Positions 1-48,110 of a stretch of DNA of 64,000 bases are shown piece after piece (position 1 is the stretch's first letter; every line of letters starts with the position of its first letter). The position numbers and the translations under genes were made by a program. Source of the DNA: Antedon mediterranea (Eukaryota; Animalia; Echinodermata). The notes below the pieces were generated by a model, which ran no database searches, was not told where the DNA came from, and saw only the letters and a program-made list of their open reading frames with translations. Where the stretch lies: the NCBI RefSeq assembly GCF_964355755.1, contig NC_092672.1, positions 19,171,237 to 19,235,236 of the forward strand, in the 5' to 3' direction.

Positions 1-3000
1 GGAAAAGGCGACAGATAAGAAAAATATAAAGTGGAATCATTTTTGGAAGTTATGAAACAATAGGGCCTACATAGGTCTATAATTAAGTCAATAATGCAAA
101 AACATTAATAAGAAAGCCGCAACAAAGCCGTGTGTTAAAGATACGATTTCTTATAACAGTATAGATCTGTTATCGTCGAAGTGTATGTAACATTTTTCCG
201 CAAATAAAAAATATATTTTTTAGGACTAATTAAGGTAAAGAAAGAAAACCAAAGTTGATTGGAATTGTTAGGAGTAGTCCGTAATATCTAAAAAGTACTT
301 AGGCCTACGTGTGCGAACAAACACATTATAGGAAACCGTTGTAGTATTTGGAAAAATTATTATAGGCCTACACCCAATTCAGTTTGGGACAAATATTATT
401 AATGGTCCTGTTAAAAAAGTATAACCAATAATTAGATCTAAACTTTGCCACTGTCTTCCGGTAACTGATTTATGTTTTAGGTTGGTTAGTAATGTAAAAG
501 TAGTTCATCCGTTGTTGTTATTATCATTGTACCCGTGGTATTTTGTCAGGCAAGAAAACGGCACAAAAGTGCAAAGATCTGGCTGACGAAACGCAGAAAT
601 CCCTGCGGCGCTAGCACTGTTAAGTCAATTGGTGATATACCGCTTTCGGTAATAACTTTGTATTACCGTTATGACCACCCCGAATACGGTGTTACCTCAA
701 GTTAAAACTAAACCTCAAATTTATAACTACGATGAAATTGCCTATTTCTGGCGTACAAACCACTCATTGTTCTATAAATATTGCTTAAAGCATCTTTATC
801 TAAATAATTATTGCACATTTCTTTTGTTTGCTACACGTAAGCCTGTTAAACCCAATTTACAGATGTGACTCAACTTTTTTTGTTTATATGCTATGCTTAC
901 CAATAACTAGGCCTACACCCATACAAAACGTTAAAATTATAAACTTTTTTTTCTCAATTTTGAACCATTTTGATTGTTTAATAAATGTCTCGGTGTTTTT
1001 ATTTTTTTGGTAAAAAAAACCTAAAATATAATATAAATTATTAAAAATGATTATCCTATAATTTATTGTTTATTATTAAACACATAATTCTAGAAATACA
1101 ATAGGAATGGTATAAGCATATATGAAATATATTGTGAAAATAATTTACAGAATTTTGATTTAAAACTATTTATTCGTTTGTTTAGTTGATAGTTGTCTGG
1201 GGCTTCGACATGGCTACCGTATAATATCGTTGCGTGTTATTACCGTTTAAAGCGTAAACATATTTTTTTAAAGTAAATACAATAATATAATCATCCTACC
1301 TTATTATATGTATATCAAAGGAATGAAGTGTACACTCGACAATTAATTTCATAACGGGTGTCATGTTGGTTGAGATGTTTCAAAATGGCCATGGCCATCG
1401 GACAATCCCACAATGCTCCGCGGTCGCATATTACACAGGTATCGTCCGTAAAGTTTTTAATGTTTTGGTGATCGGGTCAAACACACAACACACTTCGTGG
1501 CTAAAACACTTTAGTAAAAATCTTCATTAACTTTGGTTTTACTTTGTTTTGATTACAATGAAAGACGATAAAAGTAAGTAATTATATTCATTATTTTTAA
1601 TCTATTTTATTGAAAGTTTCAATGAAATTCGAATTCACTTTTTAAATATTGTTTACACTAAACTTTACAACTTAGCGTAAGCGTTGCTATTTTAAACAGA
1701 AATGAAGTGTACGTATTTCCAGCTTAGGTGTTCGAGATTGAATATACCGTAACAAAATACAAACAGCTCAGGTGTTCGAGATTGAATATACCGTAACAAA
1801 ATACAAACCAAATACAAACCATGTCCGTCAAATCATATCAATAATTGTAACTTTAGTTGTTCGATCTAAGTTGTTATCAGTTATCGTTTGAAAAAAGTTA
1901 ACATTTATAAAAACCAAATTTAGTTTTAATTTAAATTAAGTGTAAAATTATAAAAAAAAGTTGTAGTAGGTCCCCGAGTAGGTCTAGTTAGTTGTTGCAT
2001 ACCGGTGCATTGTGTTAAAAAATACTATATTTTAATTCCAAAAACACCTCGTTTAGGCCTAATAATATTTTAAATAAAACAAAATTAACTTTATATTAGG
2101 TGGTTATTTTTCCTTATCAAACTATACTATCAGCTTGTTTACAAACTGACTGGAATACTTCACAACCTGTACAAAATGAATCTATTTAACTTAGGCCTAA
2201 ACAATTTAATCACACGTTCTTTTATATTCAAAATGCCATTGGGTTATAACAATTCTTTTGGTAATTATAGTCAATTAAATATTTCCAGGTACAAGTTTAT
2301 ATTATCTTCTGTTCTGATCGAACGTTTAGATTTTAAGACTACCATGAAATGTTACTGTATTTTTCAAAGTAACTATATCGTAAATAGGAATAGCGGCATA
2401 AAAACCGGAAAAAAAAAGTTTTCAAGTGAAAACGAATCTACATTGGCATACGGATAATAAATGATTATATAAACTCATCTTAGTTGCTGTATTATATGAT
2501 AAGTGGTGACCACTTAGTCGAAGGTAGGCCTACTAATATTTATTTCAGAGTCTAGTCTAATTTTGCTCCTTTTTGGTACCATTATGAATTATATTGCTGA
2601 CACTTTATTAATGTTATAAATAAATTATCATTAAATGCTAATATAACATTATGATCAAATTCACATTGATAGAACTTGATAATGTGTATTTGTTTAATCA
2701 ATAGTAAAATACTGCAGCATATAATACTGTCAGACTAGCAGCACTTGCTGCACCGTCGTTTACGTTTTTGTGGGCGGCTTACGGACGGCATTGTGTGGTG
2801 CGTGCAATAACAAGTAGGGGCCTACACGATACGATATTATTCAATTCAATTAATATACCGATCTATATTAAATATACTTTAACAAATTAACACAACGATA
2901 CCTAGCATGATGGTGAAAAGATGGAAAAGTTAGATTAGGTAGTCCTACTAAATCTTGAAATTATAATCTTTATAGGTTTTACCTAAAATCCCAACTAGGC

Positions 3001-5904
3001 TTCCTTTTTTATATCATCACGTTCTTTTTTTAAACAACGAATTTAATCATATTATTGGAATAATTATAGCTGAATAGTTTCTAGTTAATTACTTTTATAA
3101 TTTATAGCCCTTGATTGACTAAAAATAGTGGCGGGACGTGTGATGAATAAGGAAGGAACCTCTTCAGGGTCGAACACGACTGTGACGAAATGTTCATGTA
3201 GTTTTATCTATCTAGTCACACCTGACCGACGGATGAAGAAAACGAAAAAAATACAAGGGTATAATGATATGGTTATGTCAAATTTTCGATTACATTATTC
3301 CCTACCAATAATTTCCCTTTTATGTCGTATTGGTTACTTGATTCATAGAGGGGAGGCGAGGGAAGTAATGATTAACATTAGTAACAGTATGCCTAAGAGT
3401 AAGCCTATCTAATCATACGGTATGTCTTGATTTAGATTTTTTCAAATTTATTAAATGCAGTTCAATAGTTTTTTAAAAGATAAAATTTACATGTTTATAA
3501 CACATACGGTATGTCATAGGCTCCTGTTTTTGATTTTCAAATTTATTAAATGCAGTTCAATAGTTTTTTAAAAGATGAAATTTACATGTTTATCACACAA
3601 AGCTATCTTTTCTTTTCTTTATAATTTTTTATTCATTTTTTTTAATCTTTCAATTTAGTTTAGTTGTGGAATTTTTAAGCGCAAGAGACGCTTTACTGTA
3701 TATGCGCTATGTGCATAAATACAGTTAAGTATTACCATATCTTTTATAAAATGTGCATTTAATTTCATTGGTAAACTGTTGACTAAACTAAAATAATAAT
3801 GAAATAAATAACAAATTAACTATACAAACCAGTGAGGAAGAACATAATAGAAATAAATTAAAAAGTATATTACTAACAAATTCAGAATCATGTAACATTT
3901 TGTGTATAAATAATTAAAATAATAATCTTACCATTTCATTGGGTAAAGCAAATATAATGGTTGTATTGCGTTTAGAACCTCACTCGTTGCTCAAGTTTTA
4001 ATCAAAGTGATCTTGTTAACTAAATTCTAGTGTTTTGAAAATAGGATTTTTATTAGTGGTTAATTAGTTATGTTAACCAAGCTTTTGCTTATATCCTCGG
4101 ATTAAAGGTTAAACACTTGGGTTGTGTTGAAAGTTTTTAAATCTTTTAACATTAAAGATAAAATGCAAGCAAACATTACGTCTAGGGTGTGTGTGTGCTT
4201 CACATGCAATATTTACATACGGAATCGTCCATTCGTACTTTAGGGATGACGATGGACTTTTAATAATATTTTTATAATAATAGATAAAAAGTATTACAAA
4301 CAATTGGAATAACAACTAATATTTTATATTGTTATTTTTCGTTATATATGGAAACATACAATTCTCTAATTAGTTAAGCAGATCATGTATTGATTTTGAA
4401 CGCAGTTAACCTCATTGATAAGTTAGAAATGACGTAATAAAAAATCGTAAAGGTTTTAATTAAGAGATTTTTGTTTGGTGAATTTGTGAATTGCGGGATT
4501 GCGTGCGAAGATGTTGTCATTTCCAAGGTAGTTTGGTCATTTTATATGGTGTAGATGACATGTGATGTCACAGTCACAAACGAATGGCAAATACAAACTT
4601 ATAATGGGATCATAATGAGAATGTAATTAATTTGGTCGGTGCTTTTTTAACGATCCAACCAAGGCAATAGGCCACCAAAAACATACATGTTTTATAACTA
4701 AGTTGATCCAACCAAGCCAATAGGCCACCAAAAACATACATGTTTTATAACTAAGTTTAGCGAAACATAATATTATACAGTGCAATCGATTGATATACAC
4801 AAATAATAATAATGATTTTAAAAAAGGAAATCAGTTACAGTAGGCCTAATTTAGGGGTAATTTGATAGTTCTATGAAATGATGATTACATTAAGCAAACC
4901 AAAATATAAAGTTAAATAAGATCAGTACGAGAGACCAATACATTTTATATTATATATATATATATATACTCCAAAATCCAAGATTCATATTATTTTCAGA
5001 ATTTGTTTTTAATATAAAAAAAAATATTCTCTAGTAAGTATAGTTGCTACTATACTAAATTCAAAGTGCTATTTGTTACAAAGTTTACCGGTATTACAAC
5101 TTGTTTTTTTATATATATTTCCTTTACTTCTTTTATTTATTATGAACAATAATAATAACTAGCACCATAGGCCTACGTATCACCATAGGCCTACGTATCA
5201 CCATAGGCCTACGTATTAAGATTTTACATTCGATTAGTATGTTTAATACAACTCAATCTCTATATCCATCGAAAATGGGGCGCAATCTTCAAACGACAGA
5301 TTGCCTACTGCAACATTCCCACGTTTTTATAGTAATTCGTAAAAATAATAATATAAATTTCTAGCATATTTATCTCATCTTATTTTTAAACTGTTATACG
5401 GATTATAGCACAAGTAAAAAGGATCCGGCGAAATTAGACCGGAAATACTAATTTTTATTCAAGAAATAAAAATAACAAATTAATTTTAAAGGGAGCATAA
5501 CATACGTGCAATTACTGTTTTAAATTTTCAATATGAAAATATATTCGTTTAAGTTTATGTATACTACGTGGTGCTACGTTGTCTTTTGAGTGTTAATTCC
5601 AACGAGGGGTAAGATAGTACCATCAAGTGCCTACAAAATATAGGTATAATACCCGGGTGAGGGCGGTAATCAGATTTATTTAGTTCCGTGTGGTTTGGTT
5701 GCTGTTAAGTTAATATTGGTACTTAAAGCGGAAATCCACTAACGTGATGTACCGTGAAGTTTAAGCCAGCCCACTCAGCGGCTTTCGACGGAAGATGATA
5801 CATTATAATATGTTAGCTTGTTCACCACTCTTTATCAACAGCCAATATTCGTTGAATTAAAAAAAAAACTTTTGAATTGCAATCGAGTAAGTGACACTAT
5901 AATT

Positions 5905-6060
5905 GCACTGGGCAGGTCACCGTCATCAGTGACGTAGCAAACCAACGGCCAATGATTGCTCGGTGTATATGTAGAATTAATTAACTAATAATGTCCAGCC
6001 CCCTTCCTATACTGCCAGGCCTGTGTGTCCGGGGAATGGTGGTTTGTTTTTATTAGACCA
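5905..6060 (+). promoter_or_regulatory. Candidate proximal promoter of Tbx1/10
   Basis: GC-richer patch 320-470 bp upstream of the ATG with CRE-like TGACGTAG, CCAAT box (GGCCAATGA), CCTATAC TATA-like word and a TGTTT Fox-like site. Motif-level evidence only. Confidence 0.3.
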
Positions 6061-6378
6061 AACTTCAATACAGAATACCAGTTGGCACTTATGTATATTG
6101 GAACTTGATGATGTTTCATTAAGAACAGTTCTAGATACCTCACATCGTTAGTTACAAAACAATAGCAAATTACATTCCAGCTATACTGAAGAAATGAAAT
6201 TAACTGAGAAGTTACTTTTCGTAGAAGCTTAAACAATTAGCAAGTTATCGTGTTTGTGTTAAAAGTGTACCGTTATATGAAAGAATACTCTGCACGTTAA
6301 AAGAAGTGAAAGATCATTTTCTGCTGTCAAACACCGTTTATTCGGTCTGTACTTATACTTAGGCTGCCTCGGAGAGGC

Positions 6379-40166
<33,788 letters not shown>

Positions 40167-41669
40167 CGTAGTTGCCATTATGTCATTTTTAGCATACTTA
40201 GTTTAAATAGGGTTACATTTTATATTATTATAGAGTAATATTATATATTATAAGAGTGCCGAAATTTACTTTACCTCACAATAATGGGGAGCGCTTTATT
40301 TTCGTGAGACCTGAATTGTTGCGATTTGGTTTTATCACGAAATTTAAGGGCATAACACAATTATATTTTAGTATTAATAAATTGAAAACTTTATTTTACA
40401 CTTTATCATTATTATTATTATTATAAGATCGTACATCTATTCAAGAATCAGTGCATTGTAGGCTAATATTTTTTCTATTTTGGTAATTGTTTGATGAAAA
40501 CAGTATTTTATTTTCACCAATTGAAAAATTCTTACAAGTATTGAAGTTATTCAAGTATACAAAACTTGCTTTTGTTAAGATCGGATTGACAATGTTTGTA
40601 CGGTACATTATGTAGGCTGACATTGCCAATACCACTTCCTCTTGCCAGATTAACGGTGTGTATTCAGACATCTAAGTCTGTCAAAAACTTGTTCACCTCA
40701 ATGTGTTATGATCTTATAAGTTATTATATACTTGTACATTTTGTTTTTAAGCGAAAAAAGTAATGTTAAGCACGGTATACACAAGTATATACGTTTAAAA
40801 TGTAAAGATGTATAAATTTGACTAAATTTGCTAAAGAAAGATTTTGCAAAATAATCTTTATACAAATTTATCTCTTTCAAATATTTATTTCAATATAATA
40901 GTATTAGTGTAGATTAAATAATGTTATATTATTATAAAAAGTATCAATTATAGTAAGCTCCCATGATGTTTACGCACGCGTACAAAATGTGTAATGACAT
41001 TGACAAATTGAGGCTGGAAAACCGAAAATAATTCCGGAGTATTGCATGTTTGTTACCTGTAAACGAATTTTCCTGATTGAAAATGTCCAAATAAATAGGA
41101 TATTTTAATCCAAAATATGTAAAATCGTCGACCACCAATCACGTTCGAAATGTATTTTTCTCAGAATGGCGTGTTGATAGTTATTTTAACACCGTTTGAA
41201 TTAAATTTTCCAGAAAGGTATTAATTTGAAACGAAATTGTAAATTAAAGAAGAATGTATGAAATGAATTATTCAAGCAATAATTTTTTCTTTGTTAAATT
41301 AATGGGTTTTTGAATGTTTTTTTATTCAATATACTCCAATGCTTTGTTTGGTTTGTGATGATATGGTATTGTGGGAACAAATTAAGACAAACCAAATGTA
41401 TTTTGTATCTTATTAGACCAATAATCAAATATAATATGCCAGCATTTATTGGAGCAAATAAACACAATTTGTTGATTTTTATATATTATAATAATCGTAA
41501 CAGAAATTCCATGTGATTGGTCTATATAGTCTTTCAACATGACTTCCAGATTGGTTAATAATCTATCAACGAGTAAAATGATTGGATAGGCTAATTGTCT
41601 CTCATGGTTGGACAATTGTATAACTATTATTAGTTTATATTAGGTATCACCTTATCTAAATTTTATTAA

Positions 41670-42722
41670 CACTTTGACTGCCAAACACGAAGATCTTCGT
41701 TTTTGGAAACACAACGCTTGACTGCCAAAAACGAAGATCTTCGTTTTTTGCGTTTTTTTACGAAATCCGGTAGATAGGTTAATTATTGGTATATACTATA
41801 AATATGAACACTATATTCGGTCTGGACCGTCAATATTTTACAATTTGAAAGTAACTAATCTGGTTACGAACGACTGTCAAAATGGTACCTGTCGAAATAA
41901 CAAACACCGCGCATCACAGTAGCGCGTAGAGCGATGGCTTGGCGCATTGTGTATCGGTCGCGCGCTAGCTATGCCGCCGAAGCATTACAAAGGTTTTTGT
42001 GGATTGACATGTTTGTTTGTTATCTGAATAAAAAATAATGGAGTCATTTTCAATATGAAGTCTTTAATTTTATTATTGTATGTATACCCTAATTGTTTTG
42101 GTGTTTTACTGAAAGTGACCGAGTTTCACGCAACAAACTTGTTTTGAAATGGTATGGTTATTATCATCAGTTTACTATCTCCTAGGCCTAGGCTAGTAGT
42201 ACTAGGCTAGCCTAGCCCTAGTCGTAAAACGGTTCCGGACCAACTTTAGGCCTGGTTAACTAGGCCTGGTGTCTTTACTATGTGGATTTTGGCGAAACAT
42301 TGATGTAAGATTTATGATTTATAAAATGTAATACATTTTTCGATAGTGATAACTTGTTTTTATAGGCCTATCGGTGCCGTGTAAGTAACTTTTTCGTTGT
42401 TTGTTGATGATCTCACCGGGCGATATTTTCATATTGTGATGTTCTGCACAAAATCGCGATTATCTCGACTTTCTTGCGCGAAACTACGAAAAATTCAAAA
42501 AGTGGGTTACTTTCATTTTACTATTACGAATTACATATTGCGATTTAAAAATCGTTCTTGGTACCATTGTAAAGCTAAAATCTTTATGATTATTTTAGTC
42601 TAAATTACATATAAATCAGATCACATACATGGTTTCAATCAGCTTTAATAAAAACATCGAATTGGGCTAAAAACACTGGCGGTGGCAGTTTCTAACTGGA
42701 AAAACCTCTGGCAGTCAAAGTG
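41670..42722. mobile_element. piggyBac-like non-autonomous element (1053 bp)
   Basis: 14-bp TIR CACTTTGACTGCCA / TGGCAGTCAAAGTG, TTAA on both sides (41666-41669, 42723-42726), duplicated subterminal TTGACTGCCAAA..CGAAGATCTTCGTTTT; no transposase ORF. Confidence 0.9.
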
Positions 42723-45700
42723 TTAAGGTAATTGAAAACTGTACATCATCAATACAAGATGGTCAAAATTGGATTAAATAACATGAGTATTTTTGTTTTG
42801 TGTCAGGATGATTTTGAAGCATGCTTGACAATAATTAAAAGCCAAGGCCAATATTGCTTGAAGAATTAATGTATTTTCATAATAGTTTTTCCAAAAATTC
42901 CAAACAAATACGAAAATATAATCCATTCTCAACTGTTTGCTTAACCATACCTAAACAAAAGAATTTCAAAAGAACACTTCTGCGACTACCACAGATTAAT
43001 ATCCGAGTTTGGCATTGTAGTGGAAGCTATCGAAACGCCAATTGGTTTGTAAGCTCTTCGTCACATTTGGATACACTCAATATTTATTTGGTACTGGCTG
43101 GTAACATGTCGTACACAATTGCATTCTTGATTTTAATTTACCTTGCTTTTCTTTTATATACTTAATTTTGTACATATATCTATACTATAAAACTAGTTAA
43201 TATTAGGAGTGTTGATCATCCTTCATATCTAAAATTGGAAAAATTTAAAAATGAGCCTTGCAATTACCAGAGGTGAGAATTTAATGAGACAATGTCTATA
43301 TTAAAGTTAATTATGGATTTCCATGAGTTTGACCGAGTACTAGTTTAACAAATTAGGGTTATTATGTAGGCATAAATGTGTTAAGCCAGAGGATACGTCG
43401 CAGTGTTTGAATAAGTCCTTTGGGAATTTCAATTTTTGTACTGTATTAAGGATTTTAAATTGCCCACAGATCAAGGGCAATGAGTGCATGAATAAGCGAA
43501 CGAAACTGTGCTATTAAGTGGCAATTAGGCTGGGTTTTATTTTAACGCCATCACCGGCATACATAGTATGAGGATTATGTTGGTCATCATTAACTGTTTC
43601 TGGGTCACCAAACGTTCTCATTATTGTCTGTCTAGCGTTTCACCAACCTAATTACGTATGAATAATGTGGTATTACTATTCGGTAATCACTGATCTACGG
43701 ATAGGGTGTCATGTTATTCATAATTGTCAGATTGTGCCAAGTAATGTGAATCAATATGTTGTAAATGTTTCGTATGGATTTTGTTGGCAGTAGGCCTATG
43801 CTAAAGACCACTGATATTGGTGGAATGACTGATTTTGATAGAAAAATAGTGTAATTAGTTCCAAACTCAAACTACTTTTAGCAGATCTTAGAAACACCCT
43901 CGAATTACTTTGTTGTCTTTCTCAAGCCTAACTTGGGACTTCCTTAATTTAAGCAACCAGTCGTCTTCTTCAAAGCAAAACGTTCGCGTCTCTCTCTCTC
44001 TATCTCGCTCCCTCTCGATATCCAATTTTGATCTTCCTCCCATTTACTTTAGATTGCCGCGTCTGCCTTCCTCAAATTACTGTATCACGTTTACGTTCTT
44101 TGAATGACCACTTTGGTTTTCTTCAAAATTAGAAATGTCAAATGATCTATCTGTCACAGTGTTTTCATGGTCCTAGCCCCACGCGTTGTGGTTTCTAAAT
44201 AGACCCACCTAGCATACGAGAATGTTGTCTTATTAATGGTGCATATTAATATTATGAATGGTTTATCTGTAAAAAGAACAAAATAAGAGGTTTTTAATAT
44301 GACAATTACTCAATGTACATTATTAAAATAAAAACATTACAGTTAAATTAACTTTAGGCTGAACAGTTTGTTAATAATCTGAACAATTATTAACAATTTA
44401 AACAAAGTATGTATAATAGGTGTTATTATTTATTAAGGAAACATTTGTGATGATTTAAAGTCACTCTTGGCAAATAAAATATCTACAATTTTAAAAGAAA
44501 AAAAAATGTGTGCAAGTTTTTTGTTTAATATCGTAGGGATATGTGGGCCTACCTCGTCAATCTCTTGCAATGGTTTTATTCCTATTTCTTATTTTATACA
44601 ATCAAAATCATAATCCAGTTTCCAGTCTTCAAATATTGGATTTCCATCATATTGTAGTTGACAATGACAAAAAAGTTTAACCAGTTTTAATAATTATCTT
44701 ATGAATAACAAGTTTTAATAATTATCTTGTCGTGAATACACAAACACACATCACTAATTACCACATCACAAATCCTTCATAATTATTATTACAGTACATC
44801 ATACATTCAAACAATATTACTGTAATTGAAAAATCATGTCATCCTTGCTGTGTTATTAATTAAATTCAATATATTTCATAACTCATTGGCACTGTAACAG
44901 ACATTTTTACTGAAAGTAATAGTAATAAGTATCGGACAATTTCTATATTTTAAAAATAATACATTGTGTTAGTAAGTAGTTAGTATGTTGCTTCATAGAG
45001 TTACCTTATAGATATGCTCAGTATATACATCATTAAACCATATTTGGGATGTATCAACATTTATGCAATGTGAACAGATGGATTGTAGAGACATCTCACA
45101 AATCAAAATCCCAATCAGCAATAGTTTCTATGCACAAAATTTACCGAACTAGTTTTTGCGACGATATTGAGAGATTAAACAGTTAATATCCTTCTTCCCT
45201 AACATGTCGAGGTTCACTTGCAGGTAAATACGCCGACAGTCTGGATTGAAATTATTTTAACTTAAACATAGAATATTGTTTGTGTGAACATTTTTTTGAG
45301 TATGCCACCGTAATGTTAAGCAAACAATATATTCATATTTTTAAAGTATGATTTTATTTTCATGTTTTTAGGAGACATCTTTAGATAATAATTTATAGAA
45401 ATAATAGATTTCAACATTTTGTACATCAGGTCATGACCATCGTTATCATGTGTATCATTCTTATGGTTATTATGTACGGTAGGCCAATTTAATAATCATC
45501 GATTATTTTGCATAATCAGCAATACATGAATCCAAATTCGTTTTACCTTTATAATTATTTGTAGTACTGTTTCTCTTATTTAGTACAGTATCAAGATCGA
45601 CATTAAGTAGTTTCAGTAATAAGATAATTAAATCTGCCGTCTAGGCCTAATATATAAACGATATAACGAAGAAAGCCATGTATTTTTCTATACTTTTATT

Positions 45701-47774
45701 CTTTCTATTGCATTATTATTAGAGTAGTTTTATGTATACAGTACTTTTTTTGTGATTACTATTTTTAGCCACTCCTACTTTTTGTAATTTTATTGTAATG
45801 TACCGCAATAAATACACAAACAAAAATAATGTAGGCCTATACATTAGTAGGCCAACATCTATTGTTAATTAACTAATTTGATTCGTCGTAATTAACATTT
45901 TTTATATAGTTAAAACTAAACACAAAAGCCTTGGTGTGATAGTCCTGTATTACACACAACCATACGCACTTTTTTTTTTTGCTCACTGTCGTACACGAAT
46001 CATCTAAATCAGAAGTTGTATGCCTATTATTTATAGGGTTTAAGTTAAAGGAAACTATAGAATTTCTAAAATATGATTGCAAAATATGTCTTTGGAAATG
46101 TATACTGTAGTTTAAATTATATTGTAAATTTGAGACATTAGTCAATATAGAAACCGAATAGACACGGTTTAGAAAAATAATGGACGCGTTTAAATCAAGA
46201 TGATACAACAAAATCCGCACAAGAAACTCAAATTTCAATGCTGAATCAGATTATCGCAATGAACTCAATTATTTCATCATTTTATTCATTTTTTAAAAAG
46301 TGCATTTTAAGATTACGTTGTAAAATAAAACGAGACCTACGTAAAATAGTTCAATTTTTCTCGATATAATTGCCGGAGCTCTGGATACATGAGCCTCACT
46401 TTAAAATGAGAATGTAATTGATACAGAGGTGCTTGTGTCTGCCCAATACGACTGTACTTACATGATTTATGTTCAATAAAAAAAAAATCGTATTTCTGTT
46501 GTCCTCTATGAAGCGAAGAGGAAAACGACCTGCTTTTTATTGTGCTTTAGTTTTTAAACGGATTTGTTGTTTCTGTCTACAGTCTATGAGAGTTATTATC
46601 TTGTTGAAATCTTAAATTATTTCTATCAACAATGTCCTAATCATTGTATCTGTGCAATGCTCGAATTGTATACGTACTAAAAAGAGCAGCTCGTTACAAC
46701 AACCAACATACCACAACATTAATATTTAGAATATAACATCTATATAAAAAATATAGTCATGACGAATAAATTGTGTTTTCCAAAAGTGTGTAACTTTCCT
46801 TATTTTTTTCTGGCTGTTTTATTTTATTATTTTCATTAAGGTTTCGCATATTTTATTTGTATCTCCATTTACATCCACAGATACCCACAATATTGTCATT
46901 TTTCATTATTTTGGATTTATATAAAGAATGTCTGTTATCGGTGTAACAAAAAAAATCACAAATTTACGACTTTACCGAAAAAATGTTTTCTGTTTGGCGC
47001 CCGTCTTTCATGAAGTAACGTCGACAAGATGATCATCTTTTTCATATGCATCCAAAATCGACGAAGTTGTCTTGGTGGAGGTATATCGCTGGTGATTTTG
47101 TTAGTCCGTATCTTTTTAATTTTACATCAAAAGTGTTTCTTTGTATATGAAAAATGTTCTTTAATGAAATAATATGTTACTAAAAGATACATTATCAGGC
47201 AAAATAATTCGGTAAAGGTAATTATGTTTTTAAAAAGTTTTATGAGTTCTGCTACTTATTTTTAAAAAAATCATACGTAAAGTCTTTAAATTCTATCATT
47301 CTATAAATAAAATAGTTGTTTTTAGCTATAGAATAATGGATATTAAAAATGATAAAACTATTTGGAAAACAAAAACACCAAAAAAGTCTGATCAACTTTA
47401 CGGCATGGAAGATTTAAGAAATAAAGAGAAGGGCTTGTTGAGACGGATGCTTCATAACAAGGCACGATCGTAAATTATTTTTTATCTCAAGAGTATTAGC
47501 GACTTTTACCACCTGATTTGGTCTACCAGATCGTAAATTTTTCACCACTTATTGTTCGTTTAGGAAAATTAAAAATGCTCTCGTCACCTCATTGGGTTGA
47601 GGTTTACTAATGTACTTTATGAATGCATGGTTGCTATCATTTAAAATGTCTACTGATGCTGGATACAAATTATTTCAAACAGAGGGAGCCCCACTGACTA
47701 CGCCGATTCAGATTTCTCCAGATATGTTTTGACCGTCAGAATGAAGACAGGAGCATCACATGGCTCTTTAAGTT

Positions 47775-48110
47775 GTTAGGATTAGTGTTAGGGTTATGAT
47801 TAGTGTTAGGGTTTAGGATTAGTTTAAGGGTTAGGATTAGTGTAAGGGTTAGGATTATTGTTAGGGTTAAGGATTACTGTAAGGTTAGGATTAGTGTAAG
47901 GGTTTAGGATTAGTGTTAGGGTTATGACCCGGGGTTATGAATAGTGTAAGGGTTAGGATTAATGTTAGGGTTTGGATTAGTAAGGGCTAGGATTAATGAG
48001 GGTTATAGGATTAATGTTAGGGTTAGGAGTAGTGTTAGGGTTAGGACTAGTGAGGGTTAAGATTATTGTAGTGTCAGAATTAATGCTAGGGTTACGTTTA
48101 GTGTTAAGGT
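47775..48110. repeat. Telomere-like degenerate minisatellite (~18-bp GTTAGGATTAGTGTTAGG units)
   Basis: Repeated TTAGGG/TTAGGA/TTAGTG hexamer variants with a strongly G/T-biased + strand. Confidence 0.85.

Noticed and set aside
671-4315. Short AT-rich ORFs upstream of Tbx1 and similar 60-130 aa intronic ORFs
   Set aside because: Low-complexity F/I/L/K/N composition expected by chance; no splice or homology support.
1721-5216. Small local duplications (~44 bp at 1721, ~90 bp at 3414, ~53 bp at 4652, 18 bp x3 at 5163)
   Set aside because: Ordinary slippage duplications with no further structure.
43870-44110. Possible minus-strand gag/coiled-coil fragment (ERERDRE)
   Set aside because: Driven by a (GA)n tract, with stops in the frames examined and no diagnostic motif.
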